Shown here in pieces: positions 27,825 to 40,030 of a stretch of 64,000 bases of DNA. The stretch covers positions 37,014,001 to 37,078,000 of the forward strand of contig NC_042998.1 in the NCBI RefSeq assembly GCF_006345805.1, in the 5' to 3' direction. A program made the translations under genes and the position numbers. Below the pieces are notes generated by a model that saw only the letters and a program-made list of their open reading frames with translations, ran no database searches and was not told the DNA's origin. This stretch comes from Octopus sinensis (taxonomy: Eukaryota). Position 1 is the stretch's first letter. Every line of letters starts with the position of its first letter.

Positions 27825-28223
27825 CTAGCAGTATCGCCCGGCGTTGCTCGGGTTTGTAAGGGAAATAACTATATAAGCATTTTTAGAGATGTAAAGTATA
27901 ATAGCCATCTCAATATGGCTAACCACAAAGGGGGGGGGGTGTTACTGTAGCTTTTTACGTTCTGAGATTTAATAATAAATTTTTAGAGAGTTACTTCTCT
28001 TATGTATGCCAAAAATGCATTAAAAATGGGAACAATTGATGGCAAATTATTTTTTAAATCGTAGACTCATCGTAGACGCGCGCTAATACCCAGAAGGGCT
28101 CGATATGAATCATGACTATAAGATACCTGGTTTTGGTTAAACTGCACCGCAAAATGTGGGAGTAGTTAGGAATCTAAATCGTAGGTGACAGACAACACAC
28201 AACCTCACTTTTATATATAAAGA
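27825..28223 (-). mobile_element. Non-autonomous Helitron (~400 bp) inserted in (TA)n
   Basis: The minus strand begins A|TCTTTATATATAAAA and ends with the hairpin CCCGAGCAACGCCGGG, 8 nt and CTAG|T, matching canonical Helitron termini and the A|T target. Confidence 0.75.
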
Positions 28224-28231
28224 TATATATG

Positions 28232-28279
<48 letters not shown>

Positions 28280-28398
28280 CAGTAAAAGCAATTATGATTC
28301 AAATGAATTCCAATGAATTCAAATCAATGCGGTACTTAACTTAGATGCACCAGAAATCTTTATGGTGTTAGCCATAAAATAATGTGGGGTGATTATGT

Positions 28399-28671
28399 AC
28401 AGGCAAGAAGCAACAAGAATGGATTAGTTGTTCAGTACAATTGTTTCATATTGTTTCATCTGCATTATTATGGATACATTCATCTTCTCTGTGAATAAAA
28501 TCTTTCCTCATATCTCCGGAAATTACACCTGCATGTGGAAAACTCATATGTGTTTTGGCTGATGAATACGGGACACTTGTATTTACTGCAATATTTGCAG
28601 CTTTAAATAAATATGTTCTTTGTATGAAACAATTGTACTGAACAACTACTCCATTCTTGTTGCTTTTTTCT

Positions 28672-28674
<3 letters not shown>
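28399..28674 (+). mobile_element. Miniature inverted-repeat element with a decayed HHR (PLE pLTR derivative)
   Basis: 52-bp inverted arms at 28399-28450 and 28623-28674. GCTGATGA-ATAC..GTAT..AGC at 28558-28601 has the core, stem II and stem I but has lost GAAA. Ends in (TA)n. Confidence 0.55.
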
Positions 28675-28711
<37 letters not shown>

Positions 28712-28913
28712 TATAATATAAATAATTGCAGTAAAATTAATTCAAATCATCACAGAAGATTCGCCTAGCAAATTATTTTATTTGTTAATATAAAGTTAGT
28801 AACCATAGTCCAGGAGATAGATGGTAAATGCTTTTATTTTTCATTCCCTTAAACATTTATCCCTAATAATGGTTTGGATGTTAGCTATTCCTTCTAGCAT
28901 GCCAGGTATCTCA

Positions 28914-28965
<52 letters not shown>

Positions 28966-29062
28966 GTAAATACATACACACACACACATTTAGAAATACT
29001 AAATCAAATTTCCCACAATATAATATATATATATGTATATATATATATATTATATATATATA

Positions 29063-29150
<88 letters not shown>

Positions 29151-30419
29151 CATTAGAAAAAACACCTATTATCAATTCAAAATGAACAATTAAATTATAC
29201 CATCTAGAAAATTACATATAATAAAAATATTTAAATTAAAATAACAATAATATACCGATGATTAAGTAAATTGCAAAAGAATAATAACATATATAATTGG
29301 TATATAATATGTATACACACACACACACATATAATATATACATATATATGTGTGTGTGTATGTGTGTGTGTGTGTGTGTGTTTGTGTATGTGTGTGTGTG
29401 TGTGTGTGTATACATAGACATATATGTATGTCTATATATGGGTATTTAAAAAGTCAGCCCCGCATACAAACATATACACTCACGCATATACTTGCTTTTT
29501 ATCCTTTAATGAGTCAATAAAATAAAGTACTGGCCCTGGTTTCGATTGAATCTATTAATTTGTCGCCTCAAATTGCTAGCCATGTGCGTCTAAAATCATT
29601 TACTACATTTTCTCTTGATACTTGTGTTTTTACCTTAATATATCTGATGCGAAATCTGTTTGGCCGTATTCCTAAGAAAACCGCGACGTTCATTATATAG
29701 CTAAGAGGAATGCAAAGCATATAGCATTACGCGTTACATAATCTCACAATAGCTATGCGTATATTCAATATTGCAAATTACACTGGAGTTCACTTTAGTT
29801 ATATCGATTCCACTCTCTTGCATATAATATATGCACATATGACATTTCTTATATATCATATATGAATTGATTATAGTATATATTTTTCGGAAAGAGTCAT
29901 TTACATTTCTAATCAGAAATATTTAATATCAAGTTATTTCCGTACATAAAACTAATATCCAACTTTCAAATATATTTTTCTTCAAATTTCATCTAACTTC
30001 TTTATAATAACTTGCCAAATCACTATCAAGATATTTCTTCTCACCTTAGTATTTTTATATTGAATAAAAACCGGTTTTCGTTTAGAAAACAGGAACAAAT
30101 ATCTGATGGAAAAATCGTACCATTTAATAACAAAATACCGCCTCTCATAACACAAGAAATCACTTGGAAGAAATAATGATCTACGGAAATCTCAGGGCGA
30201 AAATCAAATAGAACAATGATTATCTGTCCGAATAACATCCAGTTAAAATGATACCCTTGAGATATCGGCGCAAATGAGTTGCGCTGTATGTGTCTTAAAA
30301 GACTTAACAAACACATGAATATATATATATATATGTGTGTGTGGTGTGTGTGTGAGTGTGTGTGTGTGTGTGTGTATATATATAGCTATGTATGTATATG
30401 TGCGTGTGCGTATATATAA

Positions 30420-30500
<81 letters not shown>

Positions 30501-31567
30501 TGTATATTATTTTTCGAGGTTATGAGGTTATATTCCAGAAACATATGTATAGATACTCATATATATGTATCGTTATTTAGTGAAATCAATGAATAAGGTT
30601 TGGTAGGTAATGCAATTTAAAGAAGGAAATTGAATGAAATTGGTGCAAAAAGCAATCTTCCTAAAGTGATTATTCGTCTATGAGGATAACATTACTGAAG
30701 GGAGCATATTATGATCCGCCTTCTTATATTGACTCTGTTAACAAGTAATTTTCCCTCGAAAATTACCGAAAGAACAATATTACCTTAATATTGCACATTA
30801 TTTGAAAAGCAAAGTATTCATCTATATTTCCTATCAAATTGTATACACACAATTAAAATAACAATAGATTCTACAGGGATTTGTTGTTTTGTGTGTATAC
30901 AAATATTTGTTAAGCTATGGAAAAGTATAAGGAATCGATAATCTATTTGATTACTATTGCAACTAGTATTTTGGGGGCCAATTTGTTTTTATAGATATAG
31001 GAAAAATAATGCTAAAATACTGGTAATCAATTTTTATGTAATATATATTATAACCTTTATTAAAATTTAGTGTAGACTATATAATTAAGACACAAAACAA
31101 ATCATTTCAAACCAAACCCCTTGACAAACAATTAAAACCCTGAATCATATCTTTTTTTTATTTTGCTAAACGTAGCTTTCAGTCGGTGCAATCAATATAT
31201 TTTATTGAAATGCACCCCCATCGCATTCAAATATCCAAGATTTCTGCAACTTCGATATAGTTATGAACTTGATCATTATTTGCTTTTACAGGAAAATCAC
31301 TTCTCTTAAACTTCATGTGATATATTCAATATTATTTTCGACATTTCCTATTACAAGTTTGACTGGTATCTGAGAATCTCTATAAGATGTCAAAAATTGT
31401 ATTTTTGTCGGATGTAACTCCTGTCCGTCAGCGTTTCGCCTGTATTGAATGTCATTGTATATATTCATTTAGTCTAAGTCATAAGCCCATAAACAATAAC
31501 ATATAAACGAACCTTGAATCTTAAAACATTCAAAACATTTTTTACTAGTTTCTATATTTAAATTCAC

Positions 31568-31785
31568 CAAGGCGGCGAGATGTTGGAATCTTTAGCATGC
31601 TGAGCAAATATTTAGCGGCATTTCGTCACTCTTAAGGTTCGGAGTTCAAAATCTGCCGAGGTATAGTTTATCATTCATCCTTTCAGAGTCTAAAAAGTAA
31701 GTACAAATTGAGCACCTGCATCGATGTAATTGACATACACTCGCCACCGAAATTGCTGGCCTTGTGCCAAAATTTGAAACCGATA
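31568..31785 (+). mobile_element. Degenerate tRNA-derived SINE
   Basis: AAGGCGGCGAG head, GGAGTTCAAAATCTGCCGAGG, TTCATCCTTTC, ending in GTGCCAAAATTTGAAAC as at 26.5-26.8 kb. Confidence 0.65.
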
Positions 31786-32059
31786 TTTAAATCCACTGGC
31801 TCCCCATAATCACTTTCCTTTTATCCTTCAATTAGTGTCATGAATTTCTTTCGTTTCGGATAGAGTAATGTATTACTGCTGACAGGTTAGACTCACCAGA
31901 AACTAATTTCTTCTGTTTGCTTATGTTTTTCAGATATCTTACATTTATCTTCCCTGTCGTTTAAATTATCAATTTCACTCTTAATATTATTATTCCATTT
32001 TAAATGTCTGCATTTGTAACAAGATGGCAATGTCTGCTCAATAGACTGCGCAAAACGGC

Positions 32060-33135
32060 AATGTCTGCTCAAGGGAAAGGAGTCAATGTGGAGTTGCTAT
32101 ATACTAATATACTCAAATTCAGTATGTGATACTTAAATTGTATACATAAGACAACACATATAGTTGAAATATATGAAATACCTATCGGCCACCGGATACT
32201 CCAAACCACACAGGCAAGTTTGAACATTGCCTCACAGGAATAAAAGAAACTCTCATGAAACTGGAACATCACGTGTGATTCTTATAGGTGTGACAAATGG
32301 CCCGAGGTCCTCCTGTTCCCAGGAATGACTCATAGCAAGCAAGTACAGGTGGTGTCCCTGCTCAACCTCAACAATGCCCTATTCAAGGTGTAAACTGTGC
32401 TCCGACCAACCAAGTCGCATGACATATTGGATCTCTGTTGCATAAAGAATATAGACATCGTTCATAATGTGAAAGTGACGCTGGCATTACTATCGGATCA
32501 CAACATAATACAGTTGTCTATGTATGGACCAAAAGTAGCCAGAGAAATACAGCCTAAAGGAAACACCCAAAATCTCTCAAATCTGAACATCCACAAAGCA
32601 GACAGGAAATCAATCCAAAAAGTGACCATCAGACAGGACTGGCCGAAATGTCGCTCCACACCAGACATTGATATGAAACTGCAATATTTCATGTATGTTA
32701 TGGAAACCATATGCCAAAAATACGTCCTGGGGCACAGGGCCAACACAGAAAGGAACAGGATTCCAAGGGAAGGGAAGATCCTAAGACGACGGACGAGGAT
32801 TGCAATTCGCTTCAAGCAACATCCTAAAAGTAGTGAAAGGTTCCGCCTAAAAACAACACTGATGGAGATTGAAAAAAGCCTGCAACAGTCCTATGTGAAT
32901 GAGAGAGGAGACAAAGAGGCCTGGGTTATGAAAGACACCAACTCTAACCCAAAGGCATCCTTTCATTTGGCTTAATAAACAGTCTCAATACGCTGCAAAA
33001 TAGGACCCCTCTTCCGGAAGGATGGCTCCCACATAGATAACGCAGTGATGTATTTAATGACCAGTTCGAAAGTGTCACTACCACCCCGTTGGAACACAGA
33101 CAAGTGAACGAACCAGTGGATTTCTCTGCCACCTC
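32060..33135 (+). mobile_element. LINE fragment: APE endonuclease C-terminal half and linker (CR1/L2 group)
   Basis: ORF 32397-32975 reads PTKSHDILDL...LLSDHNII (APE SDH motif) and NSNPKASF; upstream YRPPD-like sequence at ~32200. Confidence 0.7.
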
Positions 33136-33161
33136 ACCTATAATCGCCCGCAACCTACGTA

Positions 33162-33197
<36 letters not shown>

Positions 33198-33371
33198 TGT
33201 ATGTATGTATGTATGTATGGATGGATGGATGGATGGATGGATGGAAGTATTTGTACACACCCCATATATATATGCATGCATATACCACACACATGCATAT
33301 ACCACACACATGCATAGATACCAAAATTCACCTATACAAAATATATACACTTACAGATATATATATATAAT

Positions 33372-33402
<31 letters not shown>

Positions 33403-33545
33403 GCCGTGTCGTAAATATGCATACATATAGACATATATATTAGCGTTACATATATGCATGTATGCATGTATGTATGCATATATATATATATACATATATA
33501 TGTATGTGTCTGTGGGTATATATTGATATACATATATAACTATGA

Positions 33546-33594
<49 letters not shown>

Positions 33595-34081
33595 TGCGAA
33601 TACAAGTTCATATATCTGTGTATATGTGTGTGTGTGTGTGTGTGGTGTGTGTGTGTGTGTGTGTGGTGTGTGTGTGTGTGTGTGTATGTGAGTGTGTGAG
33701 TGTGTCTGCCCAGGCGGAAGCGTGTGATTATGGTATCCGAATGGATTCCATGCTATACTTGGCGGTAAGGTACAACCCTAGCTAATTCTCAACTAAATTG
33801 AGTTATAATCAAGACTGTACCTGTGTCGTATATCCTTTTCTCCCTACCACCCTCTCTCTCTCCCTCTCTTGTTTTCAATCAAAATGTACGTTACATGCTC
33901 ACATTCCTCAAAATATGTATTACAAGACTGAAACATCCGAAAGTTATCAGAGTATTAATGCAAACAGTTAATCTCCATGCAATGTATTGTGTACACTTTT
34001 GTTTTGATTGTCCTCCTCTACGACTGCTTTTAAGTGTGTGTATATACATACATACATACATACATACATACATACACACAT

Positions 34082-34132
<51 letters not shown>

Positions 34133-34196
34133 GCATATATGAATGTATACATATATATATGTATATATATGTATATATATATGTACGCATATATAC

Positions 34197-34236
<40 letters not shown>

Positions 34237-34249
34237 TATATATATATGT

Positions 34250-34374
34250 TTATATATATATGTTTATATATATATGTATATATATATAATATATATATGT
34301 ATACATATATATGTATAATATATATATATATATGATTATATATATATGTTTATGTATATATATGTATATATATG

Positions 34375-34443
<69 letters not shown>

Positions 34444-35094
34444 CGCGCGTTGTATGTGCATATCTATATCTACATTTATATAGATAAAAGAAGGAAACAG
34501 GAGAGAGTGTGAATGAATGATACTATTTACAATTTCCATTTTATTGCTTTGTCCAGAACTTTCATTGTGGCCCTTTTTACTCTCTGCAATTGACGGCGAG
34601 TAATAAACACACTAACTGTTTTTGCACGACTACCAGCTGTAATCTCACTCAGGGGTACAATAATATCTGATAAAAGAATATGAATTCTGTAATGGCGTTC
34701 GCGATTTCCATTCGGTTCAACCTATTATTTACAATGTTTAGTTACTTGTCATTATGAGTTTTCGTAATAATTCTGCAAATTTTATCTCCTCATATATATA
34801 TATATTTGATTGCTTTTTTTTTATTGCACTATGAATTCAACACTGTTGTTCTTAAATACTTAGGAGACAAAAATTTGTGCTGCGAACTAAATCTCAACTG
34901 AGTGATAAGTTTTAAGATTTTATTATTTCGAATATCACAACTGCTGAGCGATTCTGACTGCTTCGGCTTTCGCCATATTTTCCTTCTTATTTATCACCTA
35001 CATGTATCTACATCCACATAGATACATATAAGCATATACATATATACATACTTACACACATACACACACAGATGATACATATATATATATATAC

Positions 35095-35139
<45 letters not shown>

Positions 35140-35238
35140 TATATATATGTGCTTGTATATATGTTTATATATATATGTATATATATAATATATATATATG
35201 TATACATATATATATGTATATATATATATATATATGTT

Positions 35239-35313
<75 letters not shown>

Positions 35314-35969
35314 GCGCGCGTTGTATGTGCATATCTATATCTACATTTATATAGATAAAAGAAGGAAACAGGAGAGAGTGTGAATGAATGATACTATTTA
35401 CAATTTCCATTTTATTGCTTTGTCCAGAACTTTCATTGTGGCCCTTTTTACTCTCTGCAATTGACGGCGAGTAATAAACACACTAACTGTTTTTGCACGA
35501 CTACCAGCTGTAATCTCACTCAGGGGTACAATAATATCTGATAAAAGAATATGAATTCTGTAATGGCGTTCGCGATTTCCATTCGGTTCAACCTATTATT
35601 TACAATGTTAGTTACTTGTCATTATGAGTTTTCGTAATAATTCTGCAAATTTTATCTCCTCATATATATATATATTTGATTGCTTTTTTTTTATTGCACT
35701 ATGAATTCAACACTGTTGTTCTTAAATACTTAGGAGACAAAAATTTGTGCTGCGAACTAAATCTCAACTGAGTGATAAGTTTTAAGATTTTATTATTTCG
35801 AATATCACAACTGCTGAGCGATTCTGACTGCTTCGGCTTTCGCCATATTTTCCTTCTTATTTATCACCTACATGTATCTACATCCGCATAGATACATATA
35901 AGCATATACATATATACATACTTACACACATACACACACAGATGATACATATATATATATATACATATG

Positions 35970-36001
<32 letters not shown>

Positions 36002-36050
36002 ATATATATAATATATATATATATACTATACTATGCTATACTATACTATA
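34250..36050. repeat. Tandem duplication with ~870-bp period in (TA)n-rich sequence
   Basis: The unique core 34444-35080 recurs at 35315-35950; the differences I saw are homopolymer indels and one substitution. Confidence 0.9.
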
Positions 36051-36430
36051 CACACAAACACATATATAAATGTGTGTGTGTGTATTACCGAACTTTTGTG
36101 TGGGTGTTTCTTGAGCATTACCAACCAGCTTTATGAACCAGCAAGTTTTAGCTATTAAAATATTCAAAGCAATATAACATTTAAAGAATCTTCTCTCCGG
36201 TCGTGTAATTCGTCACAAGGTTGGCCTATTTGGGAGTGCAGAATGGTGTTAAATTTGCTACAGATAGTAAAGTCAATACTAATAAGCAATTATTCTGATA
36301 TGTGTTAATAATTTCATTTAGTACATCAATCAACATTAAGCTTTCTTAATATATTTTTATCAAACTTTTTAAAAACCATACACACACAAGCGTACAACCA
36401 CACATGCAAATCCGAAACAGGGATGTATAT

Positions 36431-36510
<80 letters not shown>

Positions 36511-36840
36511 TTTCTCCCCATTCCTCACCCTTTTGTACTATCTTATATCTCTCTCCACCCCTACACACTCAACAATACTATAAAAAGAGAAAAGTCCTGA
36601 AAAAAATTCAATCTGAAGACTCCACTAGCATGGACGCAAGCACTAACTTATATGATTTATAAAAACATGTGACCTATTAATAAATATCTGTAAATAAAAA
36701 ACCATCGAGAATTCTGAGTACCTTACTTCTTCTAATTTATAATACCTGTACATCATCTTCAAACCTTCTAATATATAAATACACACACACACACACACAC
36801 ACACACCACACACACACACACCACACACACACACACACAC

Positions 36841-36892
<52 letters not shown>

Positions 36893-37101
36893 TATGTGAA
36901 ATAGAAAGATGAATAATCTTGTAGCAGATTAATCAAAAGTTCAACCGATACCTTGGTAGCAAAAATCACAGCAGAAGACAGCACGGTTGGAGGTACAACC
37001 ATATGGTGTTGCAACCGTGCGTTGGTGCGGATAATTGAAATTAAAATATTATTGGTGAATTGAAGAAATGGAGCTGAACGAAGATTGAACAGAGATCGTT
37101 T

Positions 37102-37194
37102 TATTTCATTCTACACGTGTTTCGAAAGGCACAATTTACCAAAATCCGATTGAATAATGGGACCATATTGTGTCTTTCTCTTCAGGAAGAAATA
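37102..37194 (-). ncRNA. Type I hammerhead ribozyme (GUA/ cleavage between 37112 and 37111)
   Basis: Reverse complement of the 39046-39138 fold; all core nucleotides intact. Confidence 0.8.
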
Positions 37195-37801
37195 GGAAAT
37201 CCGTTGGAAAAAACAAAAACAGAACAGAGGCGGAGCAAAACAAATCGAACTAGGCTCCTAAGAGCCCATGGCAAAACTGTTTATCAGTGTATGTTGAGAA
37301 CCGGTGGCTGAAGATTTTAACGGGTCAGGCAGCGGTCATTCATGTGGGTGAGGGTGTGTAGATGTTCTTTGTGACCGAGAATAAAGTTCTGACTATTTAA
37401 GGAATACTGGATGTTTTATAAGTCTACTTAGAGACATGTGTGTGTATACTGTTCTATATATGTGTGGGCTGGCGTAGGTTGGCAAGACCTCCGTCAAGGG
37501 GTAGAAAACATTTTTTGTGTACGTGTGTGCGTTTGATCGCTCGGCTGTCAGTGGTTAAGCCGCTCTACACAATGGCTACTGCAGTAAGAACCGTTGGGTG
37601 GCAGAAAAAAATATATTATGTTTTATGTGTGTGTGTGTTCGTCTGAACCTGCCTTGTCATGGTAACCCGCCGTTGTCAAAAAACCAAGCCCCGTTTATCT
37701 TACAGGAGTAATTCCCCTTGCAGTGGTTAATCGTAATTATCTTAAAGGCTATTTCACAATTTGTTACCAAGGGCTATGGGTGCAGGTATTATTTATAAAC
37801 G

Positions 37802-38971
37802 CTATTTAAAAGCCAGATAAGTGTAACGCCGCCAATGGGGGCATCGAAAAGCCGACTGTAAGAGTCCGTTTACCATCCGGCCTCTGGCAAACAAAATATG
37901 GAAGAGTTCGGAGACACAAAGGTTGCACTGCCTTCTGCCCCTATCAAATGGGAGGGCCACCGACAAAATTGACCATTCCAGCCTGTAGCTTAAGTTCGTA
38001 TCCTTCAATCGCCATATTAGCTTGCTGAGTCCCGTGGTCTGGCGCTTGTTCATGTCCCGGAAAGTTGCGTAATGATTGGAGACTCGCAAAGCCAATCTTG
38101 ACGATGAGGCCCCTACATAAGTGTAGACATCTGAGTCTGTGTAAACCTTGCATTGGTAGACGGCGTTTTTGATCTTGGAGTTCGCCGACGTGAATCTTAT
38201 TCTGCTAGGATTAGTTTCTGAAATTAGAACTGCGTTCCTGTCACTATATTCGTTCCGAGAACTGCAGCCGTTTACTACTCTATTTTCTACTACGTCACTA
38301 TTAACTATAGGAATAACCCCTGATTCTCCACTATCTATCAGAGTGCTGTCATTGCTAGTGCCCGTGGTGCTGCTATTGCGGGAAATGATGCTGGGGATGC
38401 TATTGGGGCTCTCTACCCTACTCCCATTGTTACCGTCAACCACAGCACCCCTATTTATAACTATACCCCTAGCGGGTACTCCCTGGCTGGAGCTGAGATT
38501 ATGTGTCACTGTACTGGCTCTCATATCATTATTACTACTATAATTATTCCTACTGAGCATTAAACCGGGAGCGGAAGAGGCTGTGCCTCCGGAAAAAGGT
38601 GATAGGATCTTAGTAAGTAGCCTATTATTATGGGAGGCGATTATCTGGGCGAGGTTTTTAGTGTTGGAGAAAGCTATCCTAACTTTATGCGAGTTAACCG
38701 TAGAGTAATATTTGGAATTTCTGGGGAAGTTATTGGCGATGGCTTGTCTAAACATGAGGGGGAGGTTAGTTCTAATCTGCTTACCAAAGGGAATTACAAA
38801 CCATATATGCTTATTCCTATCTGTGTGATGGGTCGGGACGCCAGCTCTCGCATTCGGGTGGGTGATTCTCGGATGAATAACGGGTCTTGGGTCAGTGTGA
38901 GATCTCCCGGACCGATAATTATCCTTGTTCGCTAAATTAAATGCGGGAGCGACTGCCCCGGCATCCGCCAC
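37802..38971 (-). CDS. PLE thumb/linker region + S/N/G-rich insert + GIY-YIG endonuclease; no RT core
   Basis: KHIWFVIPF..TNLPLMF..NNFP..VRIAFSNTKNLAQIIASHNNRLL resembles the PLE post-RT region. The C-terminus reads AVYQCKV..YVG..RVSNH..LIWRLKD..WSIL..CNLCVSE..VN..CPH. The frame is open from 39016; the listed start is GTG and the first ATG is at codon 73. Confidence 0.75.
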   Translation of the reverse strand: MADAGAVAPAFNLANKDNYRSGRSHTDPRPVIHPRITHPNARAGVPTHHTDRNKHIWFVIPFGKQIRTNLPLMFRQAIANNFPRNSKYYSTVNSHKVRIAFSNTKNLAQIIASHNNRLLTKILSPFSGGTASSAPGLMLSRNNYSSNNDMRASTVTHNLSSSQGVPARGIVINRGAVVDGNNGSRVESPNSIPSIISRNSSTTGTSNDSTLIDSGESGVIPIVNSDVVENRVVNGCSSRNEYSDRNAVLISETNPSRIRFTSANSKIKNAVYQCKVYTDSDVYTYVGASSSRLALRVSNHYATFRDMNKRQTTGLSKLIWRLKDTNLSYRLEWSILSVALPFDRGRRQCNLCVSELFHILFARGRMVNGLLQSAFRCPHWRRYTYLAFK

Positions 38972-39045
38972 GCTCCCGTCCTTACTTAAATTGTTTATGT
39001 TATTAAATTGTTTATGTTATTATTTTGTTTTTCCAACGGATTTCC

Positions 39046-39138
39046 TATTTCTTCCTGAAGAGAAAGACACAATATGGTCCCATTATTCAATCGGATTTTG
39101 GTAAATTGTGCCTTTCGAAACACGTGTAGAATGAAATA
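39046..39138 (+). ncRNA. Type I hammerhead ribozyme (GUA/ cleavage after 39128)
   Basis: Stem I TATTTC-TTC / GAA-T-GAAATA; CTGAAGA at 39055-39061; stem II GAAAGACACAAT/ATTGTGCCTTTC (11 of 12 pairs); GAAA at 39117-39120; palindromic stem III ACACGTGT. Confidence 0.85.
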
Positions 39139-39197
39139 AAACGATTTCTGTTCAATCTTCGTTCAGCTCCATTTCTTCAATTCACCAATAATATATA

Positions 39198-39235
<38 letters not shown>

Positions 39236-39593
39236 GCTAAACGCTGGTGTTATTCAAATTCTTTTAAAAATGGTGTATAACAATGTACGCTTCTCTTCAT
39301 GGAAGTGACGAAATGAATCTCGTCAATAAGACACTTTAACTGAAAATGATGGATATGTATAGTGATTAACTGAATGCTATTACTAGTCTTTCAAATAATC
39401 GTATATAAAAATATACTTGATTACGAGTAGTATACACTGGTATATAGAATTTTTTTATTTTAGAGCTACACGATATAAACTTGATTCTGTAATTGACTTC
39501 AGATACAATAACTTTGTTATTAATATTTCCAGAGGGATGGATGGCATTAACTACATTAATATTAGTATTAGTAAATGTATTAATTTATAAGAG

Positions 39594-39752
39594 ATTTTTA
39601 GTGTTGGAAAAAGCTATCCTAACCGTATGTGAATTTATAAGAGAGTAATACCTAAAATTCTTTGGAAAATTCCTAATAATACCTTCACGAAACTGCAATG
39701 GGAGATGCGATTTAATTTTTCTCTCGTATGGAATAATTAACCAAGAAGTTTT
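39594..39752 (-). pseudogene. Fragment of a paralog of the 37802-38971 ORF N-terminal domain
   Basis: Translates WLIIPYERKIKSHLPLQFREGIIRNFPKNFRYYSLINSHTVRIAFSNTKNLL*, compared with WFVIPFGKQIRTNLPLMFRQAIANNFPRNSKYYSTVNSHKVRIAFSNTKNLA. Confidence 0.8.
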
Positions 39753-39869
39753 ACTACTAGTTATCTTATTTTTAGTGTAATTATTTTTGAAAGACTTAAA
39801 TTTACATTTAGAATGAAAAACGGAGGAAAGGAGATAACCCTTATTTAATCCCCTATTTTATGATTATTG

Positions 39870-40030
39870 GTGCCACCTTGTTCATGGCTAGTGTTTCTAG
39901 GAGCCTTTCGGTAATCGATGCAGGTCATACTTAAACCTCTCTTCTTTCTGCAGCTGTTTTCAGTTATGGCTTTATTGATCATCAGTTTGATCTTTACAGC
40001 CACATGAGCCATAAGAGCCATCGTTACAGC
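39870..40030 (-). pseudogene. Short R4-type RT fragment
   Basis: GSCGCKDQ / INKAITENSCRKKRGLSMTCIDYRKA, parallel to GSYGCKDQLLIN..RNLSSVWIDYQKAFD at ~43.4 kb. Confidence 0.65.

Larger units (their letters stand above)
36893..39194 (-). mobile_element. RT-less Penelope-like element with inverted HHR-bearing terminal repeats
   Basis: Inverted repeats 37046-37218 and 39023-39194 (about 172 bp; one substitution and one homopolymer indel seen), a GIY-YIG ORF between them, and (TA)n on both outer sides. Confidence 0.8.
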
